This document shows positions 28,749 to 36,142 of a stretch of 64,000 nucleotides of DNA, in pieces. Location of the stretch: the IMG/VR virus record IMGVR_UViG_3300021425_000014, positions 31,013-95,012 of that record; one strand, 5' to 3'. The translations under genes and the position numbers were made by a program. Every line of letters begins with the position of its first letter. Within the stretch, counting starts at the first letter, position 1. Below the pieces are notes generated by a model that saw nothing but the letters and a program-made list of their open reading frames with translations, searched no databases and was not told where the DNA came from. The stretch is from a virus.

Positions 28749-29072
28749 ATGGCAAAGCAACTTTGGTACGACATCAACAAGTTTCACGAAGGAAAGAATG
28801 TAGCCGATTGCCTTATCGGCACTGCAAGCCGCGAGGATCTGCACCATTATTTCTTGGTGCTGAATCGCTACAATGACACCAAAACGGGATACCTCCCTGG
28901 GGCATATCTTGAAAACCCAGAAAAAGATTATGTACTTGTGTCGGGAACGGAAACTACTGAAGAAATCGAAAGTTTCATGAAAAAAATTGTCCAGTGGTCA
29001 CTGGAGGATAAGGATTTTTCGGAAGAATTCAACGAAAGAACAAGACAGCTTGAAAAGGAATTCCAAGCTTAA
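28749..29072 (+). CDS. Cassette gene, hypothetical
   Basis: GGGAGGT SD before ATG 28749. Confidence 0.8.
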   Translation: MAKQLWYDINKFHEGKNVADCLIGTASREDLHHYFLVLNRYNDTKTGYLPGAYLENPEKDYVLVSGTETTEEIESFMKKIVQWSLEDKDFSEEFNERTRQLEKEFQA

Positions 29073-29256
29073 AGCCAAGCCCCCGCAAGGGGGCTTTTTT
29101 CTTGGCTTACCTTCCATACAATACAATGCAATTTAATGATTGTATGGGATTGTATTGTATTGATTAGTGGCAGGGCGCTAAAGGGCGATCGCCCATCGCG
29201 GCACAGCAATACAATGCAATGAGATACATCACCTGATCTGGCTTGATCTTAAAATG

Positions 29257-29285
29257 TTGACATCAGGTGTGCCAGATGTTATTAT
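29257..29285 (+). promoter_or_regulatory. Cassette promoter
   Basis: TTGACA-17-TATTAT with TG extension. Confidence 0.9.
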
Positions 29286-29344
29286 TAAATAGTCAAGGCG
29301 ACGGGGCGCTGCCCCAAGATGGCCCCAGTGGCCGGGAGGTTCTA

Positions 29345-29551
29345 ATGTTGGTTGACGCGATCAAGCTCAAGGGCAAAGGTTCTGACGCGGCTGATCCCGC
29401 TTATGGGATCGCTTTCACCGATAAGGATGGGGTCATCCTCGACATCACCGTCGAGGATCTGGTGAACGCTGCGGCGTTGCACAACCCATACCTTGACAAG
29501 GTGTCGTACCAAAAACATATCGAGCGTTGCATCGAAAGGATTTTCGAATAA
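29345..29551 (+). CDS. Cassette gene, small hypothetical (DLVN family B)
   Basis: GGGAGGT SD before ATG 29345. Confidence 0.8.
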   Translation: MLVDAIKLKGKGSDAADPAYGIAFTDKDGVILDITVEDLVNAAALHNPYLDKVSYQKHIERCIERIFE

Positions 29552-29830
29552 AGCCAAGCCCCCGCAAGGGGGCTTTTTTCTTGGCACATGTTCAATACAA
29601 TACAATTCAATGCGTTTAAGTTATTACATTGCATTGTATTGGCGATAAACCGTGCCCCCGGCGATCGCCCGTGGCGTCGTACACCACGACATCGCGTTTA
29701 AGGGGCCTGTGAGGGCCGTAAAGGGGCCTCTCGGTGTCTGGCAGGGTGATTGTACCCTAGCAGGGTTCAAGGGCCTTTACGGGGCTCCTGTGGCCTGATC
29801 TGATGGTTGATCTGGAGTGAAAGATTTTTG

Positions 29831-29859
29831 TTGACATCCTGTGACCGGCTTGCTATGAT
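29831..29859 (+). promoter_or_regulatory. Cassette promoter
   Basis: TTGACA-17-TATGAT with TG extension. Confidence 0.9.
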
Positions 29860-29923
29860 GAAATAGTCAAGGCGACGGGGCCCGATGCCCCGGTTATGGC
29901 CCCCAGGGGGCCGGGAGGTAAAC

Positions 29924-30178
29924 ATGACCATGATCGTTAACAAAGAGTACACCGTAAAGCTGGCTATAAACGGTAGCCAAGATCCGGTGGATCCAGTGGG
30001 AACCTTGAGGTTCCACGGTTTCACCGTTATCGGTGAAAACGGCGAAGAATTCTTCGTCGACTTTCAGGACTTGGCCAACGGTCGCCAGGTCGATGAAAAG
30101 TTCGACGTGACGATCTTGTGGCGGCTCAGTGAGTTCTACAAGTCACAGTTTCTCAAGGTTATCGGCGAGAAACTGTAA
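29924..30178 (+). CDS. Cassette gene, small hypothetical (DLAN family C)
   Basis: GGGAGGT SD before ATG 29924; terminator 30186. Confidence 0.8.
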   Translation: MTMIVNKEYTVKLAINGSQDPVDPVGTLRFHGFTVIGENGEEFFVDFQDLANGRQVDEKFDVTILWRLSEFYKSQFLKVIGEKL

Positions 30179-30824
30179 CCCAAGGGCCCCCCGCAAGGGG
30201 GGCTTTTTTTATTGCCCCCTATTATATGGCATTGTATTGTATTGCCCCCGGCATATAGCCCCTCCCCATCAATGCCCCTGTTAATCAGAAAAATAAATGT
30301 TTCACGCGCCGTATATTATAAAAATAATCGTTCGGTGGCCCCGAATGGCGGCCAATACAATTCAACACAATTCAATTCAATTCTAAAACATTTTATTGCA
30401 TTGTATTGAAAAAAGTTTCTGGGGGTGCGCAAAAAGCGGGAAGATTAATTCCCCACATTTTTCACTCAACCCTTAAAACTTAACACCCTTTTCTTTGCGT
30501 ACAGAATGGCGTTAAACACGTTTCAGATACCACGGCAGGGTGATTGTACCTTGAACGATTTTCAGGCACCTTTACGGGGCTTGCGTAGGCTGTTTTAAAT
30601 TTAACTCACATCAGGCTTGTTCAACTTGACGTTGAATTGACACAGCCTGAAAAATCCCATACAATACAATTCAACACATGGGGCCATGATCATGAGTTTT
30701 CCCCATGTATAGGATCCCCAACTTTCGACCAATAGCTTTAAAAACCCTTTCCCGCTTTCGATCGCCAGCCCCGGCGCACAGGGCGAAAAAAGTCGATTTT
30801 TGCTGTATTGTATTGTATTGTATT

Positions 30825-31310
30825 GTTAACCTAACCTTACCCTCATCTTAACCTGTTCTTAACCTTCGATGTCAACTAAGAGATCTTTAAGAGATCGTTA
30901 AATTTAGGTTAAATTTTGGTGTAAAATATTTTACCATATTTCGTCGAAAATGTCAATTAAAAGATCTTTAAAAGATCTTAAAATTTAGGTTAAATTTTGC
31001 TACCACGAAAATCCAGATCTGTCAACTAAATTTAGGTTAAAGATCTTTAAATTATGGTTAAATTTTACGATCACAGATCTCGTCGAAAGTCAATTAAATT
31101 TGAGTTAAAGATCTTTAAGTTTAGGTTAAGTTTTACGATCAGATTTTTCGTCGAAAGTCAATTAAAAATAAGTTAAAGATCTTAAAGGTTTGGTTAAATT
31201 TTACAGGCACATTTTTCACCGAAAGTCAATTAAATTCAGGTTAAAGATCTTTAAGATTTGATTAAACTTTTTTCGTCGAAAAAAATCAGATGAATCGGAT
31301 TTTGTCAATA
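30825..31310. repeat. About 68-bp tandem repeat array with phased TTAA boxes and the TTAAAGATCTTTAA palindrome
   Basis: GTCAA unit starts at 30871, 30952, 31021, 31089, 31157, 31225, 31304; CTTAACCT-type 11-bp repeats at 30825-30865. Confidence 0.9.
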
Positions 31311-32024
31311 CTTTTTTACAATTTGTAATATTCCTGATCAGTAATATTTGTTGTCAGATCCGCAACGTGACAACAAAAAAAAATCATGGAAAATCTAATA
31401 TGTCAATGGTTCAGATCAAGCTCAGATCATGTGAGTCTCATGCACTCAACATGTTGCCACGGCGGAAAAATCATGCGAATCGGATTTTGTCAAGCTTTAC
31501 ATTGCTTCACATTATCGTATGACATAAAAACGATCCCCGAAACCGGCTCCCAGTGCGGGCCCGTTTACAGGATGCCCGTAAAGGCCCTTGATCTACCCTT
31601 GCCCTTATGTCCGGACGTTGGACGCCTCAAGGGGCCCGGACGGGCATCCAGGGGCCCTAGGATGGCCTGTGAGGGGCCCGCCATCGGGCACGATTTGCCG
31701 ATCACGTCGAACATACAATCGAACAGTCATGCGCGCGCCATGCGTGTCGCGCGGGTACGCTGTGCGCTTGACGCCGTGATCTGACGTCAAACCCTGATGT
31801 GGCGCGGGTTTCCGGGTTTCCAGATCTAGCACGGTCAAACTGGATTGAATTGTATTGAAAGACGGGAAACGTAGACGCCGTGCCGGTTTCCGGGTTTTCA
31901 TGCTTGGATAGGCTCAAAATCGAGTCGATTTTGGGCTGTACATCAGGGGCCCGATGTGAGACTATATTCATGGCCAAGGGGCCACGGGGCAAAGCGGGGC
32001 CCGATACCCGCGGGGAGATACCAC

Positions 32025-32546
32025 ATGTCCGATATCACCACATTGCAAGCCGCCCTCGCACGTATCGCTGAGCTTGAGGCCGCTCAATCGGCACAAGCAG
32101 CCCCCTCGATTGCGGTAGAAGTCACAATCGAGGATCTCGATGTGGAGGGGGTGCAAACGGATGTACGTGCTGCTAACTTTGAACCCGCCGTTCGCGGCTC
32201 GCGGCTCGCGAAAAATCCAAGCGTGACGGGCAAGGGTATGAAGTCTTGTCATCACGCCGTTGACCTTGAACATGCCGTAAAAACGTTAAATAAGCTGGTC
32301 GCAGAATTCGGGCCCGTGTTCAAGCGGCCTCAAGCCCGCCGCTGGTTTTTCAATGCAGCCCGTACGGGTTTCGGGGAATATCAGCGCTACACGAACGAGG
32401 GTAGCGTAAACGGCCACTTCAGTGGCCTTAAGGCGCGCGTTGACGACGAAGCACCGGGTCTGCTCACCACGAGGAGCAAACCCGAAACTTGGACGGTTGA
32501 CCTATTCAAACTTGCACAGCTTAACAAACTCTTTAACATCTCTTAA
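32025..32546 (+). CDS. Hypothetical protein (last gene of the early-type island)
   Basis: GGGGAG SD before ATG 32025; hairpin 32557-32581. Confidence 0.75.
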   Translation: MSDITTLQAALARIAELEAAQSAQAAPSIAVEVTIEDLDVEGVQTDVRAANFEPAVRGSRLAKNPSVTGKGMKSCHHAVDLEHAVKTLNKLVAEFGPVFKRPQARRWFFNAARTGFGEYQRYTNEGSVNGHFSGLKARVDDEAPGLLTTRSKPETWTVDLFKLAQLNKLFNIS

Positions 32547-32758
32547 CCTTGGGTGGGGGGCCCGTCCAGCGGGCCCCCTTTAAGTTCTGGTTAAGGTTTT
32601 CCCCTGTGGAAGACCCCCTCCTTAACAAAAATTTAACCTTCCCTTAAGAAAGGGCGTTATAACAATCTAGTGCGTGACCTTGTTACCATAGACAGGAATG
32701 GCATAAAACGCCACTACAACCTCACCCGGCGCTATGGCTTTACCATAGACAGGATTCA

Positions 32759-33589
32759 TTAAAGCATACTTGTGTATAGGGGGATACTCATATTTAGTTC
32801 TGATTGTAGTTTATTATTTGATAAGGGTATTGATAATACTCTATTAGGGGTTAGTATTCTTTTATGGTTTTGTTGTCCCAATATTTTGGCTAGTTGATAT
32901 ATTGTTATTGGGGTTCCTGAGTTTACTGCGTTGTATATTCCTTTTTGTATGATGCCGCCTTTTATTAGCATATGTGAGAATACGAAGATGATCTCTGCTA
33001 GGGTCTTATAGGACGTTGGGATTCCATAACTTATATCGTCAAGATTTGCCTCTTTAATCTTTCCGTCGATTAGTTTGCTTAGGAAGTTATCTTCCCCTTT
33101 TTCGAACAGCCATTGTGTCCGTAGTATATAATACTTTCTTGAGTTGAGTCTTAGGTTATTTTCCCCGATTAATTTGTGCATACCGTAAGCAGTTTCAGGG
33201 CCTAAAAATTGATCGTCGTATTCTGTGTAGAACTGTGGCTGTTCCGCGAATAGTTGTTTCTTGCTTGAGAATACATAATTCGTGGAAATGTGAATAATTG
33301 GGCTTGACGTAGCCATAGCTAGATTTTTAGGGCCAAGGGCGTTCGTCTTGTAGCATTTTATGTGCTCCTTGGGATCCTGATCGGGCATGTATGTCTCAGT
33401 GTATGCCGATAGATTTATGACTAGATCTGGAGAGATTTGTTCGAGAACTTTTGATACCATTAAAGAATCGGCAACGTCACACTCTTGGCGACCAAGGGCG
33501 AACACCTTGACATCTTCTAGGCTTTCAACAAAAGGTTTTAGATACTTATAGGTTTTAGAGTTGGCTCCCGTGATTAGTATCTTTTTCAT
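32759..33589 (-). CDS. rmlD: dTDP-4-dehydrorhamnose reductase-like SDR (RmlD/RfbD)
   Basis: KILITGA, VINLSAYT, HISTNYVF, YGMHK (YxxxK), ILRT.W. Confidence 0.8.
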   Translation of the reverse strand: MKKILITGANSKTYKYLKPFVESLEDVKVFALGRQECDVADSLMVSKVLEQISPDLVINLSAYTETYMPDQDPKEHIKCYKTNALGPKNLAMATSSPIIHISTNYVFSSKKQLFAEQPQFYTEYDDQFLGPETAYGMHKLIGENNLRLNSRKYYILRTQWLFEKGEDNFLSKLIDGKIKEANLDDISYGIPTSYKTLAEIIFVFSHMLIKGGIIQKGIYNAVNSGTPITIYQLAKILGQQNHKRILTPNRVLSIPLSNNKLQSELNMSIPLYTSML

Positions 33590-33704
33590 TTGGCTCTCCA
33601 GATTGTTTATCTAGTTGTTCTTTAATTTTTTTATTTGTACGCTTTCGCGATTTTTCCAGAACCCTGTTCAAGACGTGCTCTGTTACACTACTCTTCTTTG
33701 CCAT
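33555..33704 (-). CDS. Small basic hypothetical protein
   Basis: MAKKSSV..., fills gap between MTase and rmlD. Confidence 0.4.
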   Translation of the reverse strand: MAKKSSVTEHVLNRVLEKSRKRTNKKIKEQLDKQSGEPNEKDTNHGSQL

Positions 33705-34806
33705 TATGATGCTCGATTCTTTTTTGTGCGATCTCAAAAAAGTGTGGGTCTAACTCAATGCCGATAAAGTCAAAACCCTCTTTTACCGCTCCAACACCAG
33801 TTGAACCTGAGCCCATAAATGGATCCAATATGGTTCCACCCGGCGGTGTGATTAACCTACATAGATAGGACATTAGCTTGATAGGCTTTACCGTTGGATG
33901 GTTATTCTTGCGCTTTACTGGTGCCCATCTTGGGTCGTTCTCAATGCCGCCTGGGTTTACTCTATTGAGTGTTGAATCCTTTAGATCAACGAGGCCATCT
34001 TCTTTTTCGCCTACACTAGCTTTAGCGCAATAGAAAAAACGGACGGCATCACCAAGTAATTCAATTACCTCTTCATCTCCATCATGAATAAAATTAGAAG
34101 GCCATCTTCCTAATTCGTGAGGAGATTTATTGATTACTGGGGTTTCGCCTTCTGTGAAAAATTTAACAGTACCAAGTCCAGTAGCTTTATGGGATTTCCA
34201 GGGTTCGCCTTCAATCCTGCATCCATCAATATTCAATGCGCCCGTTTTGTGTTCCAGCATATTGTTAGAAACAGAACCTTTAAATGGCTTTCTTGCTAGA
34301 ACAATAGGCTCCCAGGCTGGCTTAAGTGCTGTTCCCCAACCTTTCCAGTCGTTGGCCTCGTCACTACCTGGGATATATTCGTGGTATTCACCACCAGTAA
34401 AGTCACCGGCCATTGAATTTCTTTTTGATCCACTCTTACCTTTCACTTCACCCTTTTTGCCCTGGGATCCAAGCTCTCGATCGATCGCCTTTGATAAATC
34501 CATAGACTTGGGAAATCCGCTTCCAAAGGCCCAGCCAATCTGATCACGAATTTCAAAACCTGCATCCTCTAAATTCGTTACACCTCTGTGATATGTTCTT
34601 GTGCCAAAAAAGGAAAGAAGGTGTGCGCCAGGTTTTAGTACGCGAAACACTTCCTTCCACAATTCAACACTAGGAACATCATGATCCCATTTTTTGTTCA
34701 TGAACTTTATCCCATATGGGGGATCGCATACGCATGAATCAATAGAATTATCTTGAACATATTTTAGGATCTGAAGTGAGTCGCCTTGTTCTAGTCTAAT
34801 GTGCAT
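33688..34806 (-). CDS. Site-specific DNA methyltransferase (N4-C/N6-A, beta class)
   Basis: DPPYG, HPTVKP, LDPFMGSGSTG. Confidence 0.92.
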   Translation of the reverse strand: MHIRLEQGDSLQILKYVQDNSIDSCVCDPPYGIKFMNKKWDHDVPSVELWKEVFRVLKPGAHLLSFFGTRTYHRGVTNLEDAGFEIRDQIGWAFGSGFPKSMDLSKAIDRELGSQGKKGEVKGKSGSKRNSMAGDFTGGEYHEYIPGSDEANDWKGWGTALKPAWEPIVLARKPFKGSVSNNMLEHKTGALNIDGCRIEGEPWKSHKATGLGTVKFFTEGETPVINKSPHELGRWPSNFIHDGDEEVIELLGDAVRFFYCAKASVGEKEDGLVDLKDSTLNRVNPGGIENDPRWAPVKRKNNHPTVKPIKLMSYLCRLITPPGGTILDPFMGSGSTGVGAVKEGFDFIGIELDPHFFEIAQKRIEHHNGKEE

Positions 34807-34809
34807 TTA

Positions 34810-35016
34810 TTATCCTTCTTCGCAATCGTAACAATCTAGAATACCACAAATCGGGCAACCAAACTCACTCAGATCAACATTAACCTCACGAGGCTTATCG
34901 CCGCCATGTGGCCCACAACCCGTGCCGTGAGTAATCTCACTCAGGTGAACGAAATCTCTTTCTTTTGGGCGAGAGATTTTCAATATTATCTTCTCTTTGT
35001 TGCGCTTTCGTCCCAC
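34810..35016 (-). CDS. Small hypothetical protein (C-terminal CxxC..CxxC)
   Basis: ORF in minus-strand operon. Confidence 0.5.
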   Translation of the reverse strand: MGRKRNKEKIILKISRPKERDFVHLSEITHGTGCGPHGGDKPREVNVDLSEFGCPICGILDCYDCEEG

Positions 35017-35239
35017 TTAAATATTCCCCTGCATCATTAAAGCATTCTGAACAAATATGAACGTCTTCTCTATTGGATAATAGATCTTCTTCACCAGTAC
35101 AATGCCAAGCTTCCCAGTATGATTCCCGCTTTTGGTTGTTCTTTTTATCTGTAATATCCCATAAAATTTTATTGCAGAAATTGCAAGTCATTCTGTGGGT
35201 TCTTTTGAATACTACTATGCGCTTTTTTCTGTGTTCCAT
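34937..35239 (-). CDS. Hypothetical zinc-binding protein
   Basis: CNFC ... HICSEC. Confidence 0.55.
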   Translation of the reverse strand: MEHRKKRIVVFKRTHRMTCNFCNKILWDITDKKNNQKRESYWEAWHCTGEEDLLSNREDVHICSECFNDAGEYLSGTKAQQREDNIENLSPKRKRFRSPE

Positions 35240-35240
35240 A

Positions 35241-35876
35241 TTAAGTTAAATCCGTGCCAATGCAGTGCGTGAAGTTATTATACTCTTTTTGAAGTAAAGA
35301 TTCTAGTGATTCGGCATAACTATCTTTTTCGGACATTATTAGATCTGATAGAGATAAACCAAGATCTGAAACTTTTTGGTGAATGTCCATTAATAGGTTT
35401 AGGTTATCTGAGGTTACTGACTGAATTTGAGCGTCAAGTGGGTTAATAATCCGTTCGTGTTGCGGAAATCTAGAGCCATCAACCAGATAATTGACGATTG
35501 TGTTGTCCTGAGTTGTTAAGAATCCGTGAGCGTATCCATTTGGAACACGCAGAGATTGGCCTTGTGTTAGCTCAAAACCTGCAAACTTGCCGAAGGTCTT
35601 TGACTTTGGTCGAATATCAACAACATAATCAACGATTCCTCCAGTAATGACACTCACCAGCTTCGATTGTGGCAAGAATACCTGAAAATGCATCCCCCTG
35701 AAAGTTCCTGCCTTTTTGTTTACGGATAGATTTGATTGTACAGCGTTAAAGCCAGTAGCCCTCACGTTCCATAGCTCAGCAAATGAGCCACGATTATCTT
35801 CGTGTACGGCTAAATTAATTAGTGTTGGGCAAATTCCATCAAATGCTGTAATTTTCTCAACAGTTGTTTGACTCAT
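35241..35876 (-). CDS. rmlC: dTDP-4-dehydrorhamnose 3,5-epimerase (RmlC/RfbC)
   Basis: DNRGSF.E, Q.N.S, RGMHFQ, QSKLV, VDIRP.S.TFG, P.GYAHGF, SEKD. Confidence 0.92.
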   Translation of the reverse strand: MSQTTVEKITAFDGICPTLINLAVHEDNRGSFAELWNVRATGFNAVQSNLSVNKKAGTFRGMHFQVFLPQSKLVSVITGGIVDYVVDIRPKSKTFGKFAGFELTQGQSLRVPNGYAHGFLTTQDNTIVNYLVDGSRFPQHERIINPLDAQIQSVTSDNLNLLMDIHQKVSDLGLSLSDLIMSEKDSYAESLESLLQKEYNNFTHCIGTDLT

Positions 35877-35899
35877 AATTATCTCCTGGGGATAAAAAA

Positions 35900-36142
35900 A
35901 TGAAACTTAAGCCCACGATTGGCAATAAACGGATTATCGAGTTGGTGAAGGATATTGAAGGTATTTTAAACCATGAAGAGCTTGCTGTCAAGCACGGAAT
36001 TTCAATTCACAACCTCAGATACTTGCTTAGGAAAATGACCGATCTTGGCATCATTCAGGTCGAGAGAACAAGGAATTCTGACGGAGTATTTGGCCCAACT
36101 TACGTAACCGTATTAAAATGGCCTGAGCTAGATGTACGATAG
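35900..36142 (+). CDS. Winged HTH DNA-binding protein
   Basis: EELAVKHGISIHNLRYLLRKMTDLGII. Confidence 0.7.
   Translation: MKLKPTIGNKRIIELVKDIEGILNHEELAVKHGISIHNLRYLLRKMTDLGIIQVERTRNSDGVFGPTYVTVLKWPELDVR

Larger units (their letters stand above)
18480..30830 (+). repeat. Array of about 16 promoter-gene-terminator cassettes separated by inverted (TATTG)n/(CAATA)n pentamer arrays
   Basis: Repeated architecture. Terminator hairpins at about 19620, 21012, 21692, 23213, 23755, 24572, 25111, 26238, 26763, 27278, 27826, 28537, 29078, 29557, 30186, mostly GCCCC-GCAA/GAAA/TTCG-GGGGC + U-run. Confidence 0.92.

Noticed and set aside
19524-30409. Tracked ORFs rich in YCIVL/IQYNT (e.g. 19524-, 19559-, 19618+, 22483-, 24611+, 24792-, 25104+, 26225+, 26753+, 30212+)
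   Set aside because: They are translations of the non-coding pentamer arrays, cross promoters and terminators and lack SD sites
18480-30420. CRISPR array or classical integron
   Set aside because: No constant 25-45 bp repeat with unique equal-length spacers, no cas or integrase gene, no attC GTTRRRY boxes; units are whole promoter-gene-terminator cassettes
30871-31310. Every 68-bp unit is a functional antisense promoter
   Set aside because: Only the 30956-30928 copy has a good -10 at 17 bp; the others have TTGAC without a properly spaced -10
31386-31992. ORFs 31386+, 31588+, 31605-, 31702-
   Set aside because: Overlapping, no SD, palindrome-rich GC DNA with non-protein-like composition
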